This document shows positions 27,558-41,952 of a stretch of 64,000 nucleotides of DNA, piece by piece. Origin of the DNA: the human T2T-CHM13v2.0 reference genome, Homo sapiens; the NCBI GenBank assembly GCA_009914755.4, contig CP068257.2, positions 32,480,001 to 32,544,000 of the forward strand. The letters run 5' to 3'. The notes under the pieces are model-generated. The model did not search any database and was not told the DNA's origin. It was given only the letters and a program-made list of their open reading frames with translations. The position numbers and the translations under genes were made by a program. Position 1 is the first letter of the stretch; every line of letters starts with the position of its first letter.

Positions 27558-30500
27558 TAAGTTTCTTCATGAAGTCTTGAAAGACGTTTTTGATAGGCTC
27601 AGTAAAGAGTACTGTTCAATTACTATTAGAAGTTCTTAAAATTTCACATTGAGACCCCTGTTGCGCCTAGGTGTCCTTTGGGTACACACTCTGGCAGTCT
27701 TGTGTTGCAGATGGGATGTGATATGCTGGCCCTTCGTGGACTATGATCTGAGTTCAAAACTAGGCCATCCTAGGAGCAAAGGGCTTACCAAGTCTAGCTT
27801 GTGGAACCTTTTCCTGTCAACCTTAGCACTGTTTTCCCTGACATTTCTTTAACTTTTGCCTTTAAAATACCTTAGTGAACAGTGCTGTCCACAAACATAG
27901 TGTATCAGTTTTAAACATATGCGTTGCAAATAACAGAACATGCTGCTTTTGACTGATGTATGTAACCTAAGCCTAATCAACAAAAGAAAAATGGTAATAC
28001 CTACTCCAAGTAATGATCACAGTTTGGAATTTTGTCTCCTACTGTGTACAGCAGCTTCCTCAAATACATGTCACAGATTTGATTCTGTAGTAATAACTAT
28101 CTTTGTAGAAGTTCTTGGAGAACAATTTGTAGAATAGATTTGAATCTTCTCATGTTGTAGGATTTCCTAGGAGTGGGTGTTAGAGAAGATGGGAATCAGG
28201 TTTTAGCGCGGTAGGAAAAGTCCAAGAGTAGAAGAGTCAGCTCTCTCTGGCACTCAGCAACTCTGTGGCCTCCCCTTCTGTTTCTGGCTTCTTTGGGCAC
28301 AGAACTCAGGTTATGGGTCTCCCATCTGCATTGCCACAAGGACCCAGCAAGACAGTCTCTGCAGATGTGCTCTGCGACGAGAATGCTGCTTGTAGTTATG
28401 TGAGTCGAGCTGTCTTGTGCAGGTACAGTACGTGTGATAGGGCCTGAGTGGAGTCGCGTCTCACATCGAGGCTTTCTTACTGCATTTAAACCTTCTGCCG
28501 TGCTGCAAATTTCATCTTTTGATTGCTTCACCTTGTTTTGTGCTAGTGTTCAGCTTCTTGAGAACACCTCTGAAGAGAATGCCTGAGGCGTTGCTAGGCA
28601 ACAGGAAATGCACAGTGGCTAGGCTTCTTCCACAGTCATAATAACAATGAGGGATGGAGAGCATGTGTGTCTGTCTGTCTGTTTCTTTTAAACTTAATCA
28701 CAAATGGGTGTGGTTTTAACAGCGCAGTTATGGATCCTTTTGCCTTTTTTGTTGAAAGAGGAGCATATAAAAACTGTCCGAGAGTCATTAGCGCAGTTCT
28801 TGGATGGAAGGCAGTGAAGAAGTCAGTTTCTCCACTCATGTAGTACTTCCAGGGGTTTCTGCCCTTTTTTCAAGTAGAGGATTTGACTTTGTTGAGAGTT
28901 GGCATGACCAGCATCCTAGGATCTGCACTAACACGTAGCCTGAGTAATGCTGACGTCACTTGTCTGAGGACCAGGCTCAAGAACTGCTGTGTTCACTCAG
29001 TTCATTTTCAGACCTCTGTGTGCAGTGGTGGGGGTTGGGGGTGGGTAGCCGTTTCTCTTTATGGGTGGAATAAATTCAGGTCCTGGAGGAGCCCACTGGG
29101 ACCAAGCCAGAACTGCTGAGAACACTAGCCCTACTTCTGGGTTCCCCCCTGGCAAAGGTGCATGTGCCTCGCTGAGGAATATGTTGCAGTCACTTAGTTC
29201 ATTGACTTTTAAAGATTTTATTGCTGGTTCTTTTACTTTCAGACTCCTCAACAAACAGAAGCAGTGTTCTGTATTACATATGTGTATTATATATAGACAC
29301 AGAAAGGTAGTGCCCAGCTGCAGTGGGGGAGGTTCATGCTTTAAGCCTATTTTCTGGGATAAATCAGTGTCTGGTATTTATTTGTTAAAGGTAATGTTTT
29401 TTAAAGTGTGGTCTCTGAAACGCTAATTCCGTAGAGATGCTCCATCAAAAAAGGAGAAGTAGGGTGTGTGTGATCAATTAGATGTGGGAAGCCTTACATG
29501 ATCGAATTCCTTCTAGAGGTTCACAGTGCACATTGGCACATAAATGATGAGAAGCCCTTCAGTAAGATCCGTTCATTAATTCACTGTATTTGATTATGCT
29601 ACATTTTATTTCTATAATACTCGTGAACATTCTCCACAGTGACTTTTGGGAAATGAGGATGTGAGAGGCAAGTGTAGTTTGAAGTTACCCGAATAAAGAT
29701 TTGGAATTGGGCGATAACGTTTATGTGTCTGCAGTGTGGAGCTTAAGGTTAGTCTGATATTCTCTTGGCTTCAGGCAGTGGCCCCATAATCACTAACCCT
29801 AACCATGGCAGTACCAGGTATTTTGTTCATTTGGCAAATTCTTTATGTGCATTAATCCATAGCCACAGAAAGTGTTAGAAACATGTAATAAGTGGATTAT
29901 GTACTGGGAGACTTGCTTTTCTGAAGTGGTTGAGAAGAAACAGTGGTTTTATTGGTTACACGTTTAGCATTCAAAGTTTTGGCTCTTTTTGAACAGCCCT
30001 AGAGGCTATGACACGTATCCGAAATTACGGCAAGGCGCTGATTTGAAACCTGACAGTGGTGTGCGAGAGCCAGCTTTTGGCTGGCTAATGGAGTGAGCCT
30101 AGATGTTTCTGAGAGTCCACATTCTATCATGGTACTGTTGGTATCGTGTGTTTGTTGCTTTTACGTTTTGTGGGGAGAAATGGTATGTCCTAGTGGTGTC
30201 CACAGGTCTCAGGTTGATTCTCACAATTGTCGTGGTTCCTGGTCTCAAGGAGTTTTCAGTCTAATCAGAGAGTTGGCTGCATAATGCTAACCTAGGCACC
30301 GGCTGAGGGAGTGTGTGTGAAAGTGCCCAGCACAGCAGGAGTAAAGCTAAGCCTGGGGCTGACGGGTAGGTATCTCTGTTCCAATGACTTCACTGTGTAT
30401 TGGGCAATTGCCTCTACTGTTCTCCCATGCCCAGCCCCCTCCGCCCCCCAAATCAACCGCCTTATCACGTACATGCCCAGTAGGCTGGAAGAAAAGAGTA

Positions 30501-33500
30501 GGTAAGGGAGAGCCTGTTGCTTTAGGGTTATCTGGGAAATCTGCCCAGAGGAGGAGGAGAGTATACTTTGGAAATGATACCTGATGTTTATTATTATATC
30601 AAGACTGTTTCCAGTTTATGCCAAAAATAAAAATATAGTCATTATATTTCAAATATTAGTTTGGTCAGACTCCACTTTAGAAACAGGTTGTGTTCCAGAA
30701 ATTTGCCTGTAAGTCTGTTGTTTATAACTGAGAACTTATTTTCCCAGTGGAACAACTTGATGGTTAAGTTCCCAGACTAGTCCACAGAGATTTTCTTAAT
30801 TCATAATCTCTGAAGGTCAGTAGAACTGGGGGAGTCATGCGTGTTCAGCTGAGGACCATTTTAAACCTGTTTTTGAAAATGCAATTCAGTGTTCCCCTTG
30901 GCAGCAGAATGGGGCCTGGATTGGGCCACCCTTATCAGGGATTGGGACAATATCTCAGCCCTCTAACTTGTTAACACTAAATAAATCATTGGTGCATGAC
31001 CTGGAGCTGGGTGGCTCAGAGGCCTGGGAGTCACTCCCAGCTCTGGATTTGCTGGGGTCTCTTTCAGGTCCCCGAGATTACCTCCCCTTTGTGTCTGCAC
31101 GTGCTCACCCTGACACCCTCATCTGCTCTGCGGGACAGACAAGGTGTTGGTGTGGAAAATTCTTACTGTATTCCTGGGCGTTTGGAAGGGGAAGATGTCA
31201 TTTATGTTAGAGGGAGCAATGACAGGAGAGGCTCATTTAGACCCGTGCTATAAAGGGGCAGGCATCTTACTGAATGATAGTAACAGTCACCCTTTGCCAG
31301 AACCACGTCACTCACTCCAGGGCTGCACGGAGCTTATGGTTCTCGGTTCTCTTTCCACTAGATGGGGCTGAGCTGAGACTGAGAGGAAACTATACAAAAA
31401 GTGCGGTCGTATTTCAGCGTTGGGCTTGTGCTGCTTTGTAAAAGGATGCCTCTGCTCTGTTTCTACCGGGTCTGATTTTATGGCAGTGAGATTGGGCTGG
31501 CTTCCAAATGCCTGTGTATAAGAACTCTTAAGTAGAAGGTGTTTTTCTTGCCTGTTTTGCCCGTTCTTTGCCTGTTCTCATCTGCTTTAAAATTTGGATA
31601 GGTGCTTATAGCAGAGATCTGCTGGCCTACATATAAGATGCCCTTCTATTTACGGGTAAGCAGAATGATAAAAATAACCAGCTCCATGGTGAATCAGTGG
31701 AATTTTACTGACTCGCTTCCCAAATGTGTCTGCAGCTTACTCCATGAGCACTGGCACCCTCTCTAGAGGAGATTGATTCTCCTCTGTAGTTTTCCCGTTA
31801 GCTAACATTTCCATGTTCTCGTGCCTTTCTGCCAGTGTTCTGACCCCGTTCTCGTGTGTAGGTACTCCACACCAGGTTTTCAGACAGGGCTGCTGTGGCC
31901 TTGGAGGTTTCTTTTTAGTGGCAGTGCCCCAAGATTTGTAAGGATTCTGCAGCAGGTTTAGTGTTAGTGGTTTTGAAAATGTATGAGACCCAACAGATAT
32001 AAAAAGAAATGGGGCTTTTCCATGCAGAGGGTACCTCAGTTTGAAGGTGAATAATTCACTGCCTCGGTGAAGCCTGAATGCAACAAGGTTTAACTGAGAC
32101 GGTCTAGGAACTGGCATTTAGACAGATCTGTTTCCTATCTTCAAAAAGGCTCAAGGATGCTTCAGGGCTGCAAAGCCCTCCCATCCCCCTCCCCCATCCC
32201 CCCACCCACTGTGAGCCACTGAGTGCTTCAGTGGAAATTTCCACTTGTCTGCTAGGGAGAAGGGGAGGGTGAGAGAGAGACAAAGAATGTAACTCAAATT
32301 CAAGCAAGCTCTTTTTATGGAAAACTTGTAAATACAGGGTTAAGACAAAAGTGAATAAAGAAAATACAACCTTTACATTTAAGGGCACTGTCAGAAAATA
32401 CAGTTTTCCCCCTGGACAACTAGGGGAGTCGGGGAAGGGCTGGCAGCACCGGGCAGTCTGCATGGTGACTGAATGGTGGAGGGGCTAGGCCTCTCCAGGG
32501 GAGGGGCAGAAGGGACATGAGAGCTGCTGGCTCTCTTACAACCATGCTGCTGTGAATGGAGTGTTTTTGGTGGCATTGTTTTCCAGTATTGGGGCACAGT
32601 CTGTCTTGGGGAAGCCATTTCTCTGAGTGTTTTCAGATCTCTAGAGGGTTTGGGCCATGTAGTAGAGAGTTTTGTAGCATGTGAGTGTCTTAAGAAATAT
32701 AAAGGAGGGCACATTATCACCTGGAAGATCACGTGGGCAAGTTCTACCTAGGAAGAAGTTCACTATTGCTCCAGCTTTCAAACACTGTTATCTGCAGTGA
32801 GAAATGCATTAGTGTCCTGAACCTTTCTTGGTTACTTCTTGCCTGGCATCAGTCATCTCCTCACTTCCACTTCTGCAGAGTTAGTGTGGGTCAAAGTTAC
32901 GTGCTTTTCTATAGAAAAGAGAGATGCTTTTGTGAAGCTGATAGCAACTTCATAGAAGTGGTGATTCTATAATTAGCACCACACATGTAAAAACAAACCT
33001 TTAAAATGTAAACACTGCTCGGCTTTGTGTTCAAGGCAATGTTGGTGCTTGCATGGACCCTGGCTACCTGGTAGGCGGAACCATGTCACTTGTGCCATGT
33101 AGCACATGGTCGAAGGTGCTGGGAATGTGTAACGTAATTAGATTTTAGACTGTTTTCCCAAAATGAGCTGTGTACTTATTGATTCAATCACCAAGAGTAG
33201 AAGTGGAAAATGGAAAACTAGCTATTTGGAGAGCTTTTGTTAAGTAAGAATGTCAGCTTTGGGGCATGTCTAGTCAGTTGCAATGTAGTCAAATCCAGAC
33301 GTTTGTGCCTTGAGTGAGGAGTTGATCGTGAGTCCACGTGCGTTAGGACTTCTGGTCTTGTGTTTTGATTCTGCCTAGTTTGGCTGGGGAAGAAGCAGAC
33401 ACTGATAGCTCATTGTGGTTGTGGAGTCCTCTTGATTCTCTCTTTTCCCAGGGTCAGGAGGAAGTTGGGGCAGAGGGCTCTAACTCCCCTGGAGACACTG

Positions 33501-34749
33501 AGCCCCTTTTCTGGTCACCTTCCCTTGAACAGCAGCTCCTCTGATTGTTAGAATGGTTTCTCCATGGCAACCTTCATGAGGATGCAGGGAGCGGGCATCA
33601 AGGGAGTTAGTTCCAAGGCCATTTTTTCAGCCTAACTCCCATTTTTGTAGGTCTCTTGTGGACCTGTGCTGTCATGAGAAAGGGATCCTCGCAGGCATCA
33701 AAAGCCACCCAGCCCCACCACCCCACACAGGTTGTTTCTAGGCCTGACTTTCTTCATGTGTAAAAATAGAAATGCGGGACTGTACTTGGTGTTGTCATAG
33801 CTGTAAAAAGTCTCATTCTCAGTCCTTAGGTCATCTGTAGTTAGCAAAGCCCAGCAGTGAGTCAGGGGTCCTTGCCTGTCATGGACAGTCTCCCACAGGA
33901 CTGCGGTGGAAGCCTGGGTTTCTGCTCATGCAGCAGCTCGTACAGCCTCTCTGCCCAGCTGGGCTGCATATTCCAGGAGGATGAGACCATGTGTGCCTCA
34001 TCCATTTAACCTCCTGAGGTTTGTCTGTAGTAGATGCTCATTAACAAGTTAAGTTTGCCCAGATGAATAGGTAAGAAGAAAAGGATATGTACTGGAAGCA
34101 ACCAGGAATTGGTGAAGGTCATTCCTGTGTGGGAAAACCATAATGGACCATTTATCTGTGTACTTGGGTCACTGAAGCAGGCAGAGATTGACTTTATCCT
34201 GGACTTCTGGTCAGTTCTCTTGTGGCCTGGGAGAGACATCTTGGTTCCCTGGGAGAAGAGGTCGGGAGGGGGTTGGTAAGAGGTTCAACTTCGGAGAGTG
34301 GCGAATACAGTAAGGTCTGCCTGTCTCGGAGTCACTTCTCACCTTCGCTGTTTTGGTAGCGTTTTCTTTCTGTGGAAACTTCCACGGTGTAATAGGGAGC
34401 CATGGGAGTGGAAGCAGTCTTTGCCCACATCAGCCCCGGGCGCATAGCAGCAGGACGACAAGCATGAGATGCCAGTCACCAGCTGTGCATGCCGGCTTGT
34501 GCTCGTTTAGTTGGTTGCTGAAGGAGCGTTGTCATGCCTGGTGGCAGGAAGTCAGAGCAGTTAGGAGGGTGAAGGCAAGAGAGGGGTTTTGGTAGCAACA
34601 GGGAGCCTCCCGAAGCTAGGAAAGCCCAGTGTTAGGATTTCCAGGTCTTTAACTAGGTTTTCTCTTTATCCTTGAGAATCCTCCAACATGTGGGTACTAG
34701 GTAGCAAGAGATACAGTATACAGAGTGGGGAGCTGTGGGGTCTGGAGTC

Positions 34750-34880
34750 CGGAGCTTGACTCTCACTTTGTGACCTGGGGCCTATCAGTTCCCCTCTGGG
34801 CTTCAGTTTGCTCATGTGAAAGGTTTAGGCTGCGTTGTCTTTATGGTCCTTTCCAGCACTTCCAGTCTATGATTCTGTAA
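34750..34880 (+). mobile_element. MIR-family SINE fragment.
   Basis: TTGTGACCTGGGGCCTATCAGTTCCCCTCTGGGCTTCAGTTTGCTCATGTGAAAGG...GTCCTTTCCAGCACTTCCAGTCTATGATTCTG resembles the MIR core (..GTGACCTTGGGCAAGTCACTTAACCTCTCTGGGCCTCAGTTTCCTCATCTGTAAAATGGG..). Confidence 0.55.
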
Positions 34881-34924
34881 CCCATTTGGTCCCAAAGCTA
34901 TCTGTGGTTTCTTGTGTCCTGGAG

Positions 34925-35080
34925 TCAAAAGACCTGCTCTGTTTGAATCCTGGCAGTGACCACTTCATAGCTGAGTGACCTTGGGCTAATGACTTAACCT
35001 TTTTGAGTCTCTCTTCTTAACTACATTAAATTGTACGACTCAAAGGAGGCAACGTGTAGGAAACCACTTTGAAGACTCCT
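34925..35080 (+). mobile_element. MIR-family SINE fragment.
   Basis: CTGCTCTGTTTGAATCCTGGCAGTGACCACTTCATAGCTGAGTGACCTTGGGCTAATGACTTAACCTTTTTGAGTCTCTCTTCTTAACTACATTAAATTGTACGACTCAAAGGAGGCAACGTGTAGGAAACCACTTTGAAGACTCC matches the MIR consensus (..AATCCTGGCTCTGCCACTTACTAGCTGTGTGACCTTGGGCAAGTTACTTAACCTCTCTGAGCCTCAGTTTCCTCATCTGTAAAATGGGGATAATAATAGTACC..). Confidence 0.65.
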
Positions 35081-36778
35081 AGAGGAGTATTGTTGCTGGG
35101 GAGAGGGCTGCTGGACCCCAACCAACACTCGGCACCACTTTCTCTTCTTCCCTTTCCTCAATTGCCACACGGAGTGGAGCTGCCACTTCTCTTTCATCCT
35201 CTTCCTCAAAAGTTGTCTGAAAGCTGTGAAAGTACTTTGAAAATTAGAGTCTTATGAAAGACACTTCTTTTTTAAGTTCAGAAATATGAGGTTTCTGATA
35301 TATCTGGCTTCCTGTTTCCATCCTTGGGTATTCTTTTTACCCTTATCACATCATAGAATCCAAAAGCTTTGGGTGTATTTCTTAGGATTATTGAGTGAGT
35401 GCTGAGTATATGGAGAACACTTTCAGGAGGGCTGGATGAGAATTGATTAGTGGGCAGTTGAGTTGGTTGTTGGCATCTGTAAACACACTTTCTCTTAGAA
35501 CATGTTGAGACTCCTAGGCTAGCTCACAAGCTTCTAACCCTGTGAAGCAGTTGAATGGAAAATGGAAGAAAGCAGTGCTTGCTATGAACAATATCATAAG
35601 TAAGACCAAGACAGCCCCAGAGGTGCTATTTGAATAAGTTGAATACTTGACTGTAAGGAAGGGCAGGCTTGGACTTCCTGTGGACTCTCTGGAGGGAGGG
35701 GCATGGAGCACTCGGCAGTGGTGGTGTCTGGGTTACTTGATGGCCAGAGCATGTCATGCTCTTGCTAGAGCCTCCCTCCTGATGCATGGCATTTCAGCAG
35801 CACATTACTCTAAGCACAGGGCTTCAAATGGAATGAAGCAAGAGAGGAAGGCTTCTAGGGAAACTGGACAAGGCCAAGGAAGAGGCGGGAGCTCAGAGAA
35901 AAACTACCTGCTATAGACTTCAGTGTGTTGGGAATGTTGGCAGACAGGGTGAGGTCATAACTTGTCCGTGGTAGATTGGAAGGACATTTTGATGAATAGT
36001 GAGTGAAAGAGCAAATGGATAAATGGGAAGGAAAAAAGCATTGGGCCCCTGTTGGGTGAGAGTTCCCTGTACTGCCCACCAGGTGGCCAAATGGAATTAT
36101 TGTGGGGCAAGGGGAGTGACTGGGTAAAAGGCTGAGGGTTGCAAGGAGGTGGTGATTTGAGGTTGATCACACTATTTTAAGCTCTGTTCCAGAGCCTAAC
36201 TCAAAGTAAGTAATCAATAATTAAATCTTGAATAAATGAGTAATTCATAAGTTGGGTCATTGCAACCCTATTACCTGCTATATGGAGTAGAAATAAGCAA
36301 GTGGAATTAAACCTTGGAAAATGTGGCCAGGATTATGTGTAGTTTTCAGAGTGAGCCCAAGTGGCAGTCTTGTCAGTGAGCAAATGTGCAAGTCACTGCT
36401 TCAAGAAGTTTGTGGAATAGTGGATTCGTTTGTACCGTTTTTATTTCGTTGCTTAAGGAACCCTGGGAGTCTTCATCAGCTGTAATTGCTCCCTGTTGCC
36501 TCCATCCCACATCAGCTCATTGACCAAGTCCTGCCCATTCAGCTTCTAAACTGCCATTTTAAAATCATCAGCTTTATAGCGATGATTAGCATGTAATAAA
36601 CTGCATATATTTAAAGTGTATAATTTAATAAGGTTTGACATATGTATACACTCACAGAATCACCACGGTCAAGATAATAAACATATTTGTCACCCCTAAA
36701 ATTTCCTCCTCCTCCTTCGATTCCTTCCTCTACTTGTCCTTCATCCCAAGCAACCACTGATCTTTTTTCTTTCACTGT

Positions 36779-37078
36779 CGATTTTTTTCGACTTTATGAT
36801 GGTGCAGAAGTGATTGCAGATGCAGTAGAAGCCGTACTCAAATACCCAAACAACCAGTCTGTTTTTCACTCTCAGTAAAGTATTCCGTAAAATTACATGA
36901 GCTATTCAACACTTAATGTAAAATAGGGTTTGTGTTAGATGATTTTACACAACTGTAGGCTAAGCGTTCTGGGCATTTGGCTAAGTGATGTTAGGTTAGG
37001 TGGTGTATTAAATGCGTTTTCAACATAAAATATTTTCAATTTACGGGTTTATCGAAATGCGTATATTGTAAGTTGAGG
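36779..37078. mobile_element. DNA-transposon fossil (TcMar/Tigger-like terminal region) interrupting the ancient L1 3'UTR. Family is tentative.
   Basis: The sequence GTAGGCTAAGCGTTCTGGGCATTTGGCTAAGTGATGTTAGGTTAGGTGGTGTATTAAATGCGTTTTCAACATAAAATATTTTCAATTTACGGGTTTATCGAAATGCGTATATTGTAAGTTGAGGAACATC resembles the Tigger-family end motif (..TTAGGTTAGGTGTATTAAATGCATTTTCGACTTACGATATTTTCAACTTACGATGGGTTTATCGGGACGTAACCCCATCGTAAGTCGAGGAGCATCTGTA). CpGs are retained at TpG-equivalent positions. Confidence 0.45.
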
Positions 37079-37357
37079 AACATCTTTTTTTTTAGACTTA
37101 CATAGAATTGGATGGTATTGGACCCCTTTTACTCTAGTTTCTTTCACTCAGCATAATTATTTTGAGATCAATAGTGTGTATCAATAGTTCACTCCTTTTC
37201 ATTGCTGAGTAGTATGGCATTGTATGTAGTGAATATTTGTTTTTTTCCAGTTTGGGGTTGTTATAGGTACAGCTGCTGTGAACATTTGTGTACAAGTTGT
37301 TGTGTGGACACATGCTTTAATTTCTTTGGGGTAAATACCTAGCAGTGGAATGGCTAG

Positions 37358-38590
<1,233 letters not shown>

Positions 38591-40175
38591 TAGTAGGTAT
38601 CTCTTTGTGGTTTTAATTTGCATTTCTCTCATGACTAATGGCTTTAGGCATCTTTTCATGTGCTGCTTTGCCATCGTATGTCTTCTGTGAAATGTCTGTT
38701 CAAATCTTATGACCATTGTTTAAAAGTTTTTTTAAATTAAGTTTTGAGAGTTATTTGTATTCTAGATACAAGTCCTTTATCAGACTTCTAATTCGCAAAT
38801 CTTAGTGGCTTTTTATTCAAAGAGCAGTTTTTAATTTTGATGAAATCTAATTTATCAATTTTTTCTATTATGGATTTTGGTTTTGGTGTTGTGTCTAAGG
38901 AAACTTTGCTTAATCCAAATTTACAAAAGCTTCTAAGTTTTATAGCTTTATATTTTACATTTAAATCTGTCCCATTTTGAGTTAATTTTTTAAATGGTAC
39001 AAGTAGGGAAGAAAGTTCGGTTTTTTTGCGTGTGGATACTGGATTATTTTAGCACCATTTGTTGTAAATCTCTATTTTTGTACTCCATTCTAGTCTTTTG
39101 ATCTCTCTGTGTATCTGTACATGAATATCATACTGTCTTGATGGCCATAGCTTTATAATAAGTCTTGAAATCAGGTGGTGTTAGTCCTTCAACTTACATT
39201 CTCTATCAGAGTTGTTTTGGCTGTTTTAGATCCATTATGAACTTTCTAATCAATATTCTAGGGTTTTGATTGAGGTTCTACTGAATGTCAATAGATTTTA
39301 TTTCAGTAAAATAAATAATAGATCTCAATTTTTGTTTAACTTGGAGAGGGTTGACATCTAAATTTTGAGTCTTCTTACCCGTGAACAAGATATACCTGAT
39401 AGATTTTGTTTCTTTCAGCAGCGTTTTGTAGTTTTGCATACCTTTTGTCTGATTTCTCTGCAAGTATTGAATGTTTAATTCAAGGTCTGATTATTTGTTA
39501 CTAGTATATAGAAATAACATTGATTTTTGTATCTTGCAATCCTGCTAAACTCATTAGTTCTATTTTTTTTATAGATTTCTTAATACTTTCTCAAAACACA
39601 ATCATGTCATATGCAAATAAGACAGTCTCACTTTTTGCTTATCAGTCTAGGTACCTATTCTTTTTCTTGCCTTACTGCACTGGCTAGAACCTCCATTTCA
39701 GTGTTGAATAGAAGTGACAGTGGACTTTCTGGTTTGTTCCCAGTCTTAGGGGAAGAACATTTAGATATTCACCAGCTGGTGAAATGTCAGCTGTAGATTT
39801 TTCAAAGATGCTCTTTATAAGTTTGAGGGAGGTCACTTCTATCCCTAGTTTGCTGAGATTTTTTTTTTTTTAATCAGGAATGGCTATGGATTTTGTTAAA
39901 TGCTTTCATTTGTGTTTGTTGAAATGATCATATGGTGTTTCTTTTTTAGTTTGTTAATATGTTTTAATTTGAATTACATTTTTTTTCAAATGTTAAGCCA
40001 ATCTTGCATTCTTGGGATAAAGCCTGCTTGGTCATGGTATATTGTATTTTTTAATATATGATAGTAGTGAATTTGCTAAAATTTTGTTTAGAATTTTAAA
40101 GTGTGTATTCTTGAGGGACATTCATCTGATTTCTTGTAATGTCTTTGGTTTGGGTATAGGGTAATGCTGGCTTCA

Positions 40176-40520
<345 letters not shown>

Positions 40521-41421
40521 ACAAAGGGCTAATATCCAGAATCTACAATGAACTCAAACAAATTTACAAGAAAAAAACAACCCCATCAAAAAGTGGGCAA
40601 AGGACATGAACAGACACTTCTCAAAAGAAGACATTTATGCAGCCAAAAAACACATGAAAAAATGCTCACCATCACTGGCCATCAGAGAAATGCAAATCAA
40701 AACCACAATGACATACCATCTCACACCAGTTAGAATGGCAATCATTAAAAAGTCAGGAAACAACAGGTGCTGGAGAGGATGTGGAGGAATAGGAACACTT
40801 TTACACTGTTGGTTGGACTGTAAACTAGTTCAACCATTGTGGAAGTCAGTGTGGCGATTCCTCAGGGATCTAGAACTGGAAATACCATTTGACCCAGCCA
40901 TCCCATTACTGGGTATATACCCAAAGGACTATAAATCATGCTGCTATAAAGACACATGCATACATATGTTTATTGCGGCACTATTCACAATAGCAAAGAC
41001 TTGGAACCAACCCAAATGTCCAACAATGATAGACTGGATTAAGAAAATGTGGCACATATACACCATGGAATACTATGCAGCCATAAAAATGATGAGTTCA
41101 TGTCCTTTGTAGGGACACGGATGAAATTGGAAATCATCATTCTCAGTAAACTGTTGCAAGGACAAAAAACCAAACACCGCATGTTCTCACTCATAGGTGG
41201 GAATTGAACATTGAGAACACATGGACACTGGAAGGGGAACATCACACTCTGGGGACTGTTGTGGGGTGGGGGGAGGGGGGAGGGATAGCATTAGGAGATA
41301 TTCCTAATGCTAAATGACGAGTTAATGGGTACAGCACACCAGCATGGCACATGTATACATATGTAACTAACCTGCACATTGTGCACATGTACCCTAAAAC
41401 TTAAAGTATAATAAAAAAAAA
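40521..41421 (+). mobile_element. Young L1PA insertion, the direct 3' segment. It covers the ORF2 C-terminus from [19 protein letters not shown].. to the stop, the 3'UTR and a short poly-A tail.
   Basis: Very high identity to young L1PA consensus across ORF2 ([45 protein letters not shown]). The 3'UTR ends ..CCCTAAAACTTAAAGTATAATAAAAAAAAA at 41421. It starts with ACAAAGGGCTAATATCC, so ACAAA is shared with the inverted segment. Confidence 0.92.
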
Positions 41422-41435
41422 TTGGTATTTTTGCC
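41422..41435. repeat. Target-site duplication, copy 2 (AATTGGTATTTTTG), of the young L1PA insertion.
   Basis: Identical to 40222-40235 and directly 3' of the poly-A tail. Confidence 0.85.
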
Positions 41436-41663
41436 TTAAATGTTTGGTGTAATTCACCAGTGAAGTCATTTGGGCCTGTAATATTCTTTGTGGGAAGCTT
41501 TTAAACTTCTTTAATAAGATATAGGGCTTAAGGGTTTAAACTACACATATTTCGTTAATAAGATATAGGGCCATTCAAGTTATCTGTACTTCTTGAGTGA
41601 GGTTTGGTAGTCTGTGTTTTTCAAGGAATTTGATCATTTCATCTGAGTTGTTAAATTTAATGC

Positions 41664-41952
41664 TTTTTTTTGAGACAGAGTCTCGCTCTGTCACCCAGGC
41701 TGGAATGCAGTGATACAATCACGGCTCACTGCAGCGTGGACCTCCTGGGTTCAAGTCATCCTCACACTTCAGCCTCCCCAGTAGCTGGGACTACAGGCAC
41801 ACACCACCATGCCTGGCTAATTTTTGTAGTTTTTGTGGAGATGAGGCTTCACCATGTTGCCCAGGCTTTTCTCAGACTCCTGGTGTCAACTGATCTGCCT
41901 GTCTAGGCCTCCCAAAGTGCTGGTATTACAGGTGTGAGCCCCAGCGCCTGAC
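41664..41952 (-). mobile_element. Alu in minus orientation, nested in the ancient L1.
   Basis: TTTTTTTTGAGACAGAGTCTCGCTCTGTCACCCAGGCTGGAATGCAGTG ... GGTATTACAGGTGTGAGCCCCAGCGCCTGACC. Confidence 0.9.

Noticed and set aside
28196-28531. 111-aa minus-strand ORF (MKQSKDEICSTAEGLNAVRKPRCETRLHSGP...) in unique sequence.
   Set aside because: It has no recognisable family, no splice-consistent boundaries, and is overlapped by a + strand ORF in another frame. It is most likely a chance ORF within MRPS6 intron 2. The only discriminating test would be PhyloCSF or conservation.
40606-41112. 168-aa ORF ([20 protein letters not shown]...[10 protein letters not shown]).
   Set aside because: This is the C-terminal part of L1 ORF2 within the 5'-truncated, twin-primed L1PA insertion. 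It is not a host gene and not an intact ORF2 (there is no EN/RT N-terminal portion).
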